Notes under the pieces: model-generated
The model's input: the letters and a program-made list of their open reading frames with translations, nothing else
The model's database searches: none
What the model was told of the DNA's origin: nothing
Part shown: piece after piece, positions 40,071-50,690 of the stretch
How the letters are laid out: the number at the start of each line of letters is the position of its first letter
Numbering within the stretch: position 1 is the first letter of the stretch
Source of the DNA: Bacteroidia bacterium
Lineage (GTDB): Bacteria; Bacteroidota; Bacteroidia; NS11-12g; UBA9320
Direction: 5' to 3'
Length of the DNA stretch: 64,000 nt
Assembly: GCA_029268695.1 (NCBI GenBank)
Contig: JAQWNJ010000019.1
Coordinates: 7,199-71,198 of the forward strand
Program-made: the position numbers and the translations under genes

Positions 40071-41135
40071 ATGCTTGAAACATTAGAAGGAATACATGCT
40101 AGATTTAAAGAGGTAGAACTACTATTAAGCAGCCCAGAAGTAGCATCTGACATCAAACAGTTCACTAAGCTTAACAAAGAATATAGTGACCTTAAGCAAA
40201 TTGTAGAACGCTACTTCGAATACAAAAATTTAATTGGAAACTTATCAGAGGCTAGAGAAATTATAGCAAGTAGCGAGGATCCTGAAATGAAAGAAATGGC
40301 TCGCGAGGAACTTGAAGAGCTAACAGCCAAGCAAGAACCTCTAGAGGAGGAAATTAAATTACTTTTAGTACCAAAAGATCCAGAAGATGATAAAAATGCA
40401 ATGGTTGAGATACGTGCTGGAACAGGAGGCGATGAGGCTAGCATTTTTGCCGGCGACCTATTTAGAATGTACACGAAATTTTTTGATTCACAAGGATGGA
40501 AATATGAAACTATGGAAGCAACAGAGGGTACATCTGGTGGGTACAAAGAAATTATTATTAAAATAGAAGGAAATGAAATTTTTGGCACCTTAAAATTTGA
40601 AGCCGGTGTGCACCGAGTTCAAAGAGTTCCTGAAACAGAGACTCAAGGCAGGGTGCATACATCTGCCGCAACAATAGCAGTACTTCCTGAGGTTGAAGAA
40701 ATTGATTTAAAAATAAACCCTGCTGACATATCGCTTCAAACATCTCGATCTGGAGGTGCTGGTGGTCAAAACGTAAATAAAGTAGAAACAAAGGTTCAAC
40801 TAACCCATAAACCATCTGGAATTGTAGTAGTTTGTTCACAAGCGAGGTCACAATTAGCTAATCGCGAAATAGCAATGGATATGTTACGATCAAAGTTATA
40901 CGATTTAGAGCTCGTTAAACGCAATGGAGATATTGCAGCTCAAAGAAAGACCATGGTATCAACTGGCGACAGAAGTGCAAAAATCCGGACTTATAACTAT
41001 CCGCAAGGAAGAGTGACAGATCATCGAATAAATCTCACACTGTATAATCTAAACGGTGTGATGAATGGGGATATTGGCGAAATTATTGAATCGTTGAAAT
41101 TAGCCGAAAATGCTGAAAAATTAAAAATGGGTTAA
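40071..41135 (+). CDS. prfA: Peptide chain release factor 1
   Basis: [25 protein letters not shown] (PxT), [12 protein letters not shown]; ATG 40071 lies 6 nt after TACATTTG. Confidence 0.97.
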   Translation: MLETLEGIHARFKEVELLLSSPEVASDIKQFTKLNKEYSDLKQIVERYFEYKNLIGNLSEAREIIASSEDPEMKEMAREELEELTAKQEPLEEEIKLLLVPKDPEDDKNAMVEIRAGTGGDEASIFAGDLFRMYTKFFDSQGWKYETMEATEGTSGGYKEIIIKIEGNEIFGTLKFEAGVHRVQRVPETETQGRVHTSAATIAVLPEVEEIDLKINPADISLQTSRSGGAGGQNVNKVETKVQLTHKPSGIVVVCSQARSQLANREIAMDMLRSKLYDLELVKRNGDIAAQRKTMVSTGDRSAKIRTYNYPQGRVTDHRINLTLYNLNGVMNGDIGEIIESLKLAENAEKLKMG

Positions 41136-41227
41136 CTTTTAGTTTTTATATATTTATTAACATAAAGACCTGTTTTTTGCCATTTTTAAGACAAAAAAAT
41201 ATTTTTGCATCATAAAATATACTTAAA

Positions 41228-43390
41228 ATGAGGTTTGAATCACTAAAAACAGTTTCCACAAGAAAAAACTTTGCCAAAAAAGATAAATCTATTTCATTCA
41301 CAGAGCTTTTTAATAGCAATGTATTTGACGATTCTGCAATGCGAGACTTTCTCAGCAGAGAAGCCTATGAATCAGTCAGCAATTCAATTAAAAATGGGAA
41401 AACCATTAATAGAAAAATGGCCGAACATGTAGCTTCAGGTATGAAGCGTTGGGCATTGAGTAAAGATGCAACACACTATACACACTGGTTTCAACCACTT
41501 ACTGGTTCTACTGCAGAAAAGCACGATTCATTTTTTGAGCCTGAAAATGGTAAGGCCGTTGAAAAATTTACCGCAGGAGCTTTGGTTCAACAGGAACCTG
41601 ATGCATCTAGCCTGCCAAGTGGTGGACTAAGGAACACTTTTGAAGCAAGAGGATACACGGCTTGGGACCCTTCTTCTCCAGCATTTATATATGAGAATAC
41701 TGCTGGAAAAACACTTTGTATTCCAACAGTTTTTGTTTCATATAATGGTGAAGCTTTAGACTATAAAGCTCCATTGCTAAAGTCCCTTAATTTGGTGGAT
41801 AAAGCAGCAACTGACATCTGTAAATATTTTCTGAAGAAAGTTTCATCTTGCACAGCTTCTTTAGGAATTGAACAGGAATATTTCTTAGTAGATGAAGCCA
41901 TGTATCAAGCCAGACCTGACCTGGTTATGTGTGGCAGAACACTTGTTGGACATGCTCCAGCAAAAGGACAACAAATGGATGATCATTATTTTGGATCTAT
42001 TCCTGACAGAGTCTTTAACTACATGTATGACTTAGAGGTAGAAGCGGCAAAAATTGGAATACCACTAAAAACAAGACATAATGAAGTTGCTCCAGGACAA
42101 TACGAATGTGCACCAATGTTTGAGGATGTAAATCTTGCAGTTGATCATAACCAACTTTTGATGGATTTAATGGATGAAGTTGCAAAACGTCACCATTTCA
42201 AAGTATTATTACACGAAAAGCCTTTTGCTGGAATTAATGGGTCAGGAAAACACAATAATTGGTCGTTAATCACAAATACAGGAGTTAATCTGTTATCTCC
42301 GGGGTCAGATCCCAACTCGAATTTACTTTTCTTGACTATTTTTATAAATACAATTAAAGCATTACATGATAACTCTGATATAATTCGGGCAAGTATTGCC
42401 TCGGCATCTAATGATCACAGACTTGGAGCTAATGAAGCCCCACCCGCTATTATTTCTGCATTTATTGGATCAAAACTAACACAGGTATTGAACGCTTTCT
42501 TGAAAGACTCAACTGCAGAGGATACCGACGAAAAAAAATCAATCAATATTGATAAAATTCCAGAAATATTTAGAGATAATACGGATAGAAACAGAACTTC
42601 TCCCTTTGCATTTACAGGCAACAAATTTGAATTAAGAGCCGTAGGGTCATCTACAAATTCCGCACAACCCATGACAGCTCTCAACACTGCAGTTGCTAAT
42701 CAATTAATTCAGTTTAAAGCGAACGTTGATGCAGATGTAACAAAAGGGAAAGACCTCAAAAAGACCATCGTTCTAGAACTTAAAAAAGTTTTAAAAGATG
42801 CTAAAAATATACTTTTTGAGGGAAATAATTACAGTGATGAATGGGCAAAAGAAGCAAAAAAGAGAGGCTTGAGTAACATAAAAAATACACCAGAATCACT
42901 TAAAGCATATATAAGCAAACAAGCCATAAATACTTTCGTTAAAAATGGCATCTTCACTAAAGAAGAACTTCATGCCAGATACGAAATAATGTTGGAAGAT
43001 TACATGAAAAAAATCCAAATAGAAGGTAGGGTTCTTGGAGAAATAGCATACTCTTATGTTCTCCCTCCGTCAATCGAATACCTAACTGTTGTTGCCGCCA
43101 ATATTAAAACACTTAAGGAAGCAGGAATAGAAGTTGGTAAAGCACAAAAAGAACTCGTTCAGACCATAGCAGAACACATTGATATGGTAAAAACGAAGAC
43201 AGATAAAATGGTGGAATCTAGAAAAAAAGCCAATAGCCTTCAAGATACTGAAAAACAAGCCATATCGTACCATTTTGATGTTAAAGAATCATTCGATGAC
43301 ATCCGCTACCATATGGATAAACTCGAACAATTGGTAGATGATAAAATCTGGCAATTACCAAAGTACAGAGAATTGCTTTTTTTACGATAA
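41228..43390 (+). CDS. Glutamine synthetase type III
   Basis: HYTHWFQPLTG, EPDASS, RHNEVAPGQYE, NGSGKHNNWS, RLGANEAPP, DRNRTSPFAFTGNKFE. Confidence 0.96.
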   Translation: MRFESLKTVSTRKNFAKKDKSISFTELFNSNVFDDSAMRDFLSREAYESVSNSIKNGKTINRKMAEHVASGMKRWALSKDATHYTHWFQPLTGSTAEKHDSFFEPENGKAVEKFTAGALVQQEPDASSLPSGGLRNTFEARGYTAWDPSSPAFIYENTAGKTLCIPTVFVSYNGEALDYKAPLLKSLNLVDKAATDICKYFLKKVSSCTASLGIEQEYFLVDEAMYQARPDLVMCGRTLVGHAPAKGQQMDDHYFGSIPDRVFNYMYDLEVEAAKIGIPLKTRHNEVAPGQYECAPMFEDVNLAVDHNQLLMDLMDEVAKRHHFKVLLHEKPFAGINGSGKHNNWSLITNTGVNLLSPGSDPNSNLLFLTIFINTIKALHDNSDIIRASIASASNDHRLGANEAPPAIISAFIGSKLTQVLNAFLKDSTAEDTDEKKSINIDKIPEIFRDNTDRNRTSPFAFTGNKFELRAVGSSTNSAQPMTALNTAVANQLIQFKANVDADVTKGKDLKKTIVLELKKVLKDAKNILFEGNNYSDEWAKEAKKRGLSNIKNTPESLKAYISKQAINTFVKNGIFTKEELHARYEIMLEDYMKKIQIEGRVLGEIAYSYVLPPSIEYLTVVAANIKTLKEAGIEVGKAQKELVQTIAEHIDMVKTKTDKMVESRKKANSLQDTEKQAISYHFDVKESFDDIRYHMDKLEQLVDDKIWQLPKYRELLFLR

Positions 43391-43407
43391 TTCATTTAAT
43401 CGAACCT

Positions 43408-43448
43408 TAATTTGCATCCTCTTAATCATGTGAGGAGGATGTAAATTA
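43408..43448 (+). terminator. Long hairpin after GSIII (terminator or mRNA-stabilising stem)
   Basis: TAATTTGCATCCTC ... GAGGATGTAAATTA, a 14-bp stem with one G-U pair; no strong U tract. Confidence 0.55.
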
Positions 43449-43515
43449 GAATTATATCTTTATTTTATTTGTTTTTGGGCGTATATTTTTTAATTTTTGA
43501 CGTTCTTAATACAAT

Positions 43516-46116
43516 ATGAATAATCCATTATTGAACACCATTAAGATAATCTTCCCAATTGGTATAATTATCTTTCTAGCTAGTTGCAAGACTATATCTA
43601 TGAAAAAAGCTGATGAAGCAATGCAACTTAAAAACTACGCTATTTCAGCAGATATGTATGACCAATTGGCAAGCAATACAAAACTCACTAAAGATGTTCG
43701 TCAAACTGCAGCCTATCGTGGAGCGGAAAGTTATAGGTACAATCACCAACCTAAAAAAGCACTCAAATTATATGTAAAGGCTAAAAAATATGGAGCCAAA
43801 GATCCAGTAGTTACTTACCGAGTTGCACAAATGTATAAGCAACTTAATCAATACGAAAATGCCATTGAAAATTTCAAATATTATCAAAAAGAAATGCCTT
43901 CGGATGAGCGTGTCGAATCGATGATAAAAGGATGTGAATCTGCTCTTAAATGGAAAGAAGAAAAAACAAGATATACCATAACACCCTTTAAACCAGCTAA
44001 TGATAGAGCATCAGATGACTTTTCTCCAGTATGGGCTGATCGAAAAAAGAAATCAATAATGTTCACCTCTGATCGAGAAGGTGGAGTATCTAAAAATCCC
44101 TACGACAGAACATTGAGATTACACTCTGATGTTTGGCAAGTAAAAAAAGGAAAAAGTCGTGGTAAATCTGAAAAATGGAGTGAGGCAGAATTAGTTGAAG
44201 GGCTTAACACAAAGTATAATGATGGGACCGTTACTTTTAACAGCCGAATGTCAAAAATGTATTTTACCCAGTGTAATGGAGAGTCAGGTAAAGAACCTAA
44301 GTGCAAAATATATGAGGCACGAAAATCCGGAAAAGGATGGCAAATGAATCCTGAACCATTAAGTTTTTGCTCAGGTGCAGAAAATAATAACTGGAATTAT
44401 GGACACCCTGTTCTCGCTAAAAGAGACAAAGTGATGTATTTTGCCTCAGACAAACCAGGAGGATATGGAGACACCTTAGGATTAGAAAAAACTAAAGATA
44501 TTTGGATGGTAACATTTGTAAGACGAGGAAGAACATGGAGTGAACCCATCAACCTTGGACCAAATGTTAATACCGAATACAATGAGATGTTCCCATATGT
44601 TCATAAAGATGGTTCCCTATATTTTGCCTCTGAAGGTCATCCTGGGCTTGGTGGATTAGATATATTTTACACTGTAAAAACAGACGAAGGTCCAACCGAA
44701 TGGGCAATTCCCACTAATATGAAAAGTCCCGTAAATTCATCTGGTGATGATTTTGGCATCATTCTTAACGATACAAAGGAAGCTGGTTTCTTCACCTCGA
44801 ATCGTACTAAAAGTCAAGATGATATTTTTGAATTTACTATGGAGCCTATTGAGTGTACTCTCAAGGGGCAAGTTACGGACTGCGATAGTGGAACAGCCAT
44901 TGGAAATGCACTAGTTGAAATTAGTAATAATGTTGATTCATCAATTATACGATTAAGAACCGATGAGCGAGGTTATTACGATACTAAAATTGGCATCAAT
45001 AAAGAATACACAATAGCTGTTTCCAAAAGACAGGCTTATTATTACGATGCGAAGCCACAATACATAAGTACTGTTGGGGTAGAAAATTCACTCGATTGTC
45101 AATATGTAAAAGACTTTTGTCTTAAAAACACATGCAACGATGTATTTGTACTACCAATTTATTACGATTTAGCAAAAGCCTTTATTCGTTCAGATGCTAA
45201 ACCTATTTTAGACGATTTGATTAAAACACTCAAAAAATATCCTAAAATGGCTGTTGAATTGGGCTCTCATACAGACTGTAGGGCATCCTTTGAATACAAT
45301 AGAGATTTATCACAAAGAAGAGCTGATTCAGCCATTTCATACCTTATTGAAAAAGGTGGCATCAATCCCTTCCGTCTTGACGCTAGAGGTTATGGAGAGT
45401 CTCAGTTAGTAACCGATTGTCCATGTGAAGGTCCTGTTAAAAGTAGCTGTTCAGAAGATGAACATCAAAAAAACAGAAGAACTACAGTTAAAGTTGTAAA
45501 CTGTAACTTTGATATTCAATCCATCGGAGTAGATTACTCACAAAGAAATGACGAGGCACTGAATGGAAAAGGATCTATTTACAGTCCTTACCTGCTAGAA
45601 AAACAAAGAGAATTCCTTGAAAAAACAAAAGGAGATATTGACAGCTTCATGCGGGCTAAGGCAATTGAAGATAGCCTAACCCTTGTAAGACAAGCAGAGG
45701 AAGAGTTCTTAGCTAAATATGACTTCCTTCCTTTAACTCCTACAAAAACTGAAGGGACATACAGTGTCTATGGTTATGTTGGAAGAAAGAAAATCAGATT
45801 CCAATACACCGGGGAAGATAGAAGAACACTGATGCCTCAAATCCTAGTTGAACAATTAATTAAGACTGGCAAATTAAGCCCTGAAGATTTTAGAGACTCT
45901 GGCACAAAAATTAAACTGTCTGATGGAACCAAAATCTATGGAACTTCATTTACACTAAAAGAGCTTAAAATCAATAACAAAATTTATACTAAGGTTAAAT
46001 GTAAAATGACAAATACTAAAAAGCCAGTATTGGGATATAACTTGTTTGACAGAGAGTATGTTGATTTTGAAATTAAGGATAATAAACTTTGGTTGCTGAA
46101 AGATACTGAAGAATAA
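43516..46116 (+). CDS. PorE-like lipoprotein (TPR, PD40 propeller, carboxypeptidase-regulatory-like, OmpA_C) with an extra C-terminal retropepsin-like domain
   Basis: Lipobox LAS-C; TPRs; PD40 motifs (YFASDKPGGYG, NLGPNVNT, GLGGLDIF, NSSGDDFG); OmpA IYYDL...ELGSHTD.R...LSQRRA...NRRT; about 200 aa of extra tail. Confidence 0.88.
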   Translation: MNNPLLNTIKIIFPIGIIIFLASCKTISMKKADEAMQLKNYAISADMYDQLASNTKLTKDVRQTAAYRGAESYRYNHQPKKALKLYVKAKKYGAKDPVVTYRVAQMYKQLNQYENAIENFKYYQKEMPSDERVESMIKGCESALKWKEEKTRYTITPFKPANDRASDDFSPVWADRKKKSIMFTSDREGGVSKNPYDRTLRLHSDVWQVKKGKSRGKSEKWSEAELVEGLNTKYNDGTVTFNSRMSKMYFTQCNGESGKEPKCKIYEARKSGKGWQMNPEPLSFCSGAENNNWNYGHPVLAKRDKVMYFASDKPGGYGDTLGLEKTKDIWMVTFVRRGRTWSEPINLGPNVNTEYNEMFPYVHKDGSLYFASEGHPGLGGLDIFYTVKTDEGPTEWAIPTNMKSPVNSSGDDFGIILNDTKEAGFFTSNRTKSQDDIFEFTMEPIECTLKGQVTDCDSGTAIGNALVEISNNVDSSIIRLRTDERGYYDTKIGINKEYTIAVSKRQAYYYDAKPQYISTVGVENSLDCQYVKDFCLKNTCNDVFVLPIYYDLAKAFIRSDAKPILDDLIKTLKKYPKMAVELGSHTDCRASFEYNRDLSQRRADSAISYLIEKGGINPFRLDARGYGESQLVTDCPCEGPVKSSCSEDEHQKNRRTTVKVVNCNFDIQSIGVDYSQRNDEALNGKGSIYSPYLLEKQREFLEKTKGDIDSFMRAKAIEDSLTLVRQAEEEFLAKYDFLPLTPTKTEGTYSVYGYVGRKKIRFQYTGEDRRTLMPQILVEQLIKTGKLSPEDFRDSGTKIKLSDGTKIYGTSFTLKELKINNKIYTKVKCKMTNTKKPVLGYNLFDREYVDFEIKDNKLWLLKDTEE

Positions 46117-46132
46117 ATAAATTTAAAATCTA

Positions 46133-47287
46133 GTGAGTAGATATGAAATGAGAGGTGTCTCCGCCCAAAAAGAGGACGTACACCAAGCTATCTCTAACGT
46201 TGACAAGGGGATATTCCCCAACGCATTCTGTAAAATTGTTGAAGACTATATCGGAAAAGATGACTCCTTTTGTAATATTATGCATGCTGATGGAGCAGGC
46301 ACAAAGTCATCCCTTGCATACTTATACTGGAAAGAGACCGGTGATATTAGTGTTTGGAGAGGTATTGCTCAAGACGCTTTAGTGATGAATCTTGATGATA
46401 TAATTTGTACAGGAGCAACGGGTCCATTCTTACTTTCAAATACTATTGGAAGAAATAAGCACCTCATTCCGGGAGAGGTGATAAAAGAAATTATTGATGG
46501 ATTTGAAGAATGCATCGAGACAATGCGATCGTTCGGAACGGATATAAAGTTTACTGGAGGCGAAACTGCAGATGTTGGTGATCTTGTTAAAACAATTATT
46601 ATTGATAGCACTGTCGCATGTAGGCCTCAAAGGTCTTCTATTATAGAAGTCGATATTAAATCATCGGATGTTATTGTAGGTTTTTCCTCTTATGGTCAAG
46701 CTACCTACGAAAAATCGTATAACGCAGGAATGGGCTCCAATGGGCTTACGTCTGGAAGACACGATCTGCTAAAACACGACTATTATAATAAATACCCTGA
46801 GTCTTATGATGTTAACACCAATGAAGATTACATCTATTCTGGTATTTTCTCACTGACCGATAACCTTAATGGAACTGATGTCAATATTGGTCAAGCACTT
46901 TTATCCCCAACAAGAACATATGCCCCCATATTAAATCAAATTTTTAACAACAATGATTTAAAAGAGGCCATTCACGGGATAATCCACTGTACAGGTGGTG
47001 CCCAAACAAAGGTTATGAAGTTTTTAGACAAACCATTGCATATTATTAAAAATGATCTGTTGCCAATTCCACCTCTGTTCAAGATGATTCAATCTACTAC
47101 TGAAACATCTATGAAAGAAATGTTTGAAGTTTTTAATATGGGTCATCGCCTTGAAGTATATTGTGATGAAAATATTGCCCAAGAACTCATAAAAATTTCT
47201 AATCAATTCAATGTTGAAGCTAAAATCATTGGGCGATGTGAAAAAGCCAATGAAAAAACTTTAACTATTAATGATATCTCTTACTAA
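46133..47287 (+). CDS. purM: Phosphoribosylformylglycinamidine cyclo-ligase (Bacteroidota-type PurM)
   Basis: RGVSAQKEDVH, HADGAGTKS, GGETADVGD, LSPTRTY, VFNMGHR. Confidence 0.9.
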   Translation: MSRYEMRGVSAQKEDVHQAISNVDKGIFPNAFCKIVEDYIGKDDSFCNIMHADGAGTKSSLAYLYWKETGDISVWRGIAQDALVMNLDDIICTGATGPFLLSNTIGRNKHLIPGEVIKEIIDGFEECIETMRSFGTDIKFTGGETADVGDLVKTIIIDSTVACRPQRSSIIEVDIKSSDVIVGFSSYGQATYEKSYNAGMGSNGLTSGRHDLLKHDYYNKYPESYDVNTNEDYIYSGIFSLTDNLNGTDVNIGQALLSPTRTYAPILNQIFNNNDLKEAIHGIIHCTGGAQTKVMKFLDKPLHIIKNDLLPIPPLFKMIQSTTETSMKEMFEVFNMGHRLEVYCDENIAQELIKISNQFNVEAKIIGRCEKANEKTLTINDISY

Positions 47288-47302
47288 CATCTATTATAGC
47301 TC

Positions 47303-48334
47303 GTGATAAATATTCGATCACTTTCTAAAATTGAACTAATTCAAGCATGTGAAGACCTTGGTGTGAAGAAGTTTAGGGCCAATCAGTTATGGGAATGGTT
47401 GTGGCAAAAAAGTGCTAGCTCTTTTGATGAAATGACTAATCTTTCAAAAGAATTTAGACAAAAACTCAAAGAAAAATACAGTTTTCAGATACTTAGCATT
47501 GCTCACTCACAAAAAAGTTCAGATGGAACCATAAAGTACGCATTTAAACTAAATGACGGGTTTTTAATTGAAGGAGTATTGATACCAACATCTAGTCGGG
47601 TTACCGCTTGTATATCCTCACAAGTGGGATGTAGTCTGAGCTGCACCTTTTGTGCTACTGGATTTATGAAAAGGGAACGGAATCTTAGACTTGATGAGAT
47701 TTATGATCAAGTTGCTATTTTAAAAAGAGAAGCTGAACGAGAATACAATATTAATTTGAGTAATATTGTCCTGATGGGAATGGGTGAGCCATTATTAAAT
47801 TATGCCAATGTTCTAGCTGGTATTGAAAAAATAACTTCTCCCGATGGACTGGGAATGTCACCCCAACGTATTACCTTATCAACCGCTGGCATAGCTAAAA
47901 TGATTAAAAAACTTGGAGACGATCAGGTTAAGTTCAATCTTGCCTTATCACTGCATGCTGCAAACAATGAAAAAAGAAGTGGTATCATGCCAATCAATGA
48001 AAGTAATTCACTAGAAGATTTGATTGAAGCCATCAATTACTTTTACGATAAGACTAATACAAGAATTACGCTTGAATATTGTGTAATTAATGATATAAAC
48101 GATGATCCTCTTGAGGCTGAAGAGCTTGTTGCCTTTGCACGTCAAATTAAGTGTAAGGTTAATTTAATTGAATATAATCCGATAGACTTGGCTGAATTCC
48201 AATCCAGCTCTTCTGAAAAGATTCATCGATTTGCAGAATATCTAGAACGTAACAAAATAATTGTTAACGTCAGAAGAAGTCGAGGTAAAGATATTGATGC
48301 AGCATGTGGCCAGTTAGCCAATAAAATCAGTTAA
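47303..48334 (+). CDS. rlmN: 23S rRNA m2A2503 methyltransferase RlmN
   Basis: CISSQVGCSLSCTFC, MGMGEP, DIDAACGQL. Confidence 0.96.
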   Translation: MINIRSLSKIELIQACEDLGVKKFRANQLWEWLWQKSASSFDEMTNLSKEFRQKLKEKYSFQILSIAHSQKSSDGTIKYAFKLNDGFLIEGVLIPTSSRVTACISSQVGCSLSCTFCATGFMKRERNLRLDEIYDQVAILKREAEREYNINLSNIVLMGMGEPLLNYANVLAGIEKITSPDGLGMSPQRITLSTAGIAKMIKKLGDDQVKFNLALSLHAANNEKRSGIMPINESNSLEDLIEAINYFYDKTNTRITLEYCVINDINDDPLEAEELVAFARQIKCKVNLIEYNPIDLAEFQSSSSEKIHRFAEYLERNKIIVNVRRSRGKDIDAACGQLANKIS

Positions 48335-48761
48335 AAAATCTGTCGCTTAATTCTTTTGTAGGCACACGGCATATAGAACGTTTTCCAAAAATTTTATACC
48401 GGTATTTTGCTATAAGTTTATAAACTAAATCCCTTAATTTTTTAGGTAACCCATTCCCATACTTTAGCATATTATAAGGAAATTTTAAATGCCTAGAGAT
48501 CTCAATCACAGCATCCGATTCAAAATAGTTTTTCCCATTAACCCTGAAAATGATACTGTCTAAAGACTCTGTTAAGTCAAAGTCATTTAAAAGTTGTCTA
48601 GCAAAATCAGACTGTAAAGAAGCAAATTGAAGGTAGTCTTCTTTTTCATGTTTTAAAATAAAATCTACTGAGTGGTTACAAAGATTACAAATGCCGTCAA
48701 AAAAGATAATGGGCCCACTATAATCTGGGAACTTTACATTGTTATTTTTTTTGAAACCCAC
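48327..48761 (-). CDS. DCC1-like thiol-disulfide oxidoreductase (DUF393)
   Basis: FFDGICNLC, FASLQS, RD.VY..IA.YRY..FG...C; start moved to GTG 48761, downstream of a TAACTTTG promoter, which removes the overlap with hscA. Confidence 0.85.
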   Translation of the reverse strand: MGFKKNNNVKFPDYSGPIIFFDGICNLCNHSVDFILKHEKEDYLQFASLQSDFARQLLNDFDLTESLDSIIFRVNGKNYFESDAVIEISRHLKFPYNMLKYGNGLPKKLRDLVYKLIAKYRYKIFGKRSICRVPTKELSDRFFN

Positions 48762-48836
48762 TAGCTCTCGAATAAGTTCAAAGTTAATATTGGATTCTAT
48801 TAAATCACTGAAAATAGATTGAATATCTTTGCACCA

Positions 48837-50690
48837 ATGGCAAAAATATCCATTGATATAAATTCGGGAACCATACAAAAAGAATCAGCTGTAATAGGCA
48901 TCGATTTAGGTACGACTAATAGTCTAATTGCTACCATAAATTATAAAACACAAAAGCCTTACTGCATAACCAAAAACAATAAAAGTATTGTGCCAAGTAC
49001 CATATACTTTGGTGAGCAAAATATTATAGTAGGCGAGGAAGCTTCAAAAAAACTGATTACCGACCCAAACAATACCCTTTATTCTATAAAACGATTAATG
49101 GGAAAAAGCTACCATGATGTTGTAGAACAAAGCAACCAACTCAACTATCAAATAATTGACAATCAGGACAAGCTTGTTCAAGTAAAAATTAATGACCGAT
49201 TCTATACCCCAATTGAACTATCCTCTTTCATTCTAAAGGAATTAAAAAGTGTTGGTGCTGATCAATTAAATAAAGAAATTCAAAAAGTAGTCATAACAGT
49301 GCCTGCTTACTTTGATGATTCTCAAAGACAAGCTACAAGAGATGCTGGTAAACTTGCTGGATTAGATGTTTTAAGAATTATTAACGAACCTACAGCAGCA
49401 AGCCTTGCTTATGGTTTAGGGTTAGATAAAGAAGAGTCTAAAATTGTTGCAGTATACGACTTGGGAGGTGGAACCTTTGATATTTCAATTTTAAATATTC
49501 AGCAGGGAATCTTCGAGGTATTGTCAACCAACGGAGACACTCATCTGGGAGGAGATGACTTTGATCATGCAATTGTGAATCACTGGATAACCCAACATTC
49601 AATAACCAAGCTGACTAATAGCGATCGACAACTTTTAAGAATTACAGGAGAGCAAGCAAAAAAAGAATTAAGTTCAAATTCAAAATTCAAAAAAACTATC
49701 CAGATTAGTAATAAAGATTTAAAAGTCACATTAAATCGAGAAGAACTTGAAAATGTTATCCAACCCATCATTGATCGAACAATTTCGATTTGTAATAATG
49801 CACTTAGTGATGCTGATATTTCAGCTTATAAAATCCAAGAAGTTGTGTTGGTTGGTGGAAGCACGCGAACTCCAAAAGTCAAAAATAGCATTCAAAATTT
49901 ATTCCCTGACGCGAAAATAAATGATCAAATTAATCCTGACGAGGTAGTTGCTCTTGGGGCCGCAATAGAAGCAGATATATTAGCAGGTAATCGAACAGAT
50001 TTATTGCTTTTAGATGTTACACCACTTTCTCTTGGCTTAGAAACTATTGGTGGATTGATGGATGTCCTAATTCCAAGAAATAGCAAAGTACCTAGCCAAC
50101 TCAAAAAAGAATATACAACATCTGTTGATGGCCAAATTAATCTTGCTATAAATGTCTATCAAGGCGAGCGAGAGATGATTGCTGATAATCGAAAAATAGG
50201 CGAATTTATCTTAAAAGGCATTCCTTCTATGCCTGCCGGAATTCCAAAAGTAGAACTGACCTTCTTAATCAATACCGATGGTATTCTTCAAGTAAGTGCT
50301 ATGGAATTAAGGTCTGGAGTTAGTCAAGAGGTAACCTTAAAACCGCAATATGGGATTACAGATCAAGAAATTAAAAATATGCTACAAGAGAGTTTAAGTT
50401 TCGCCCAGTCTGACATGGATAAACGATCGCTTGCAGAATCTACTACTGAGGCAAAGCAACTCATTTATGCTACTCAAAAATTTATTCGAGAAAATAAAGC
50501 TTTATTAACTCCGAAGGACATTGCAAAACTTGATGAAATTATGCAAGGATTAACTCAATGCATTAATAAAAAAGACCAAAATGCAATATCTTCTCATATA
50601 GAGAAGTTAAATGAATTCAGTAGACCATTCGCAGAAAAAGTCATGGATCACCAAATATCCAAAGCGTTAAGTGGTAAAAAAATCAACTAA
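48837..50690 (+). CDS. hscA: Hsp70-family Fe-S assembly chaperone HscA-like
   Basis: GIDLGTTNSL, TVPAYF, NEPTAA, DLGGGTFD; EYTTSVDGQ (not DnaK-type TAEDNQ); no DnaK acidic tail; ATG 5 nt after TATCTTTG. Confidence 0.78.
   Translation: MAKISIDINSGTIQKESAVIGIDLGTTNSLIATINYKTQKPYCITKNNKSIVPSTIYFGEQNIIVGEEASKKLITDPNNTLYSIKRLMGKSYHDVVEQSNQLNYQIIDNQDKLVQVKINDRFYTPIELSSFILKELKSVGADQLNKEIQKVVITVPAYFDDSQRQATRDAGKLAGLDVLRIINEPTAASLAYGLGLDKEESKIVAVYDLGGGTFDISILNIQQGIFEVLSTNGDTHLGGDDFDHAIVNHWITQHSITKLTNSDRQLLRITGEQAKKELSSNSKFKKTIQISNKDLKVTLNREELENVIQPIIDRTISICNNALSDADISAYKIQEVVLVGGSTRTPKVKNSIQNLFPDAKINDQINPDEVVALGAAIEADILAGNRTDLLLLDVTPLSLGLETIGGLMDVLIPRNSKVPSQLKKEYTTSVDGQINLAINVYQGEREMIADNRKIGEFILKGIPSMPAGIPKVELTFLINTDGILQVSAMELRSGVSQEVTLKPQYGITDQEIKNMLQESLSFAQSDMDKRSLAESTTEAKQLIYATQKFIRENKALLTPKDIAKLDEIMQGLTQCINKKDQNAISSHIEKLNEFSRPFAEKVMDHQISKALSGKKIN

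Noticed and set aside
40071-41135. Release factor with a programmed frameshift (prfB-type)
   Set aside because: The ORF is continuous and has the RF1 PxT motif; no internal frameshift is needed.
48761-48878. Apparent head-to-head overlap of the DCC and hscA coding regions
   Set aside because: It arises from longest-ORF start choice; promoter-consistent starts (48761 minus, 48837 plus) leave a normal divergent gap.
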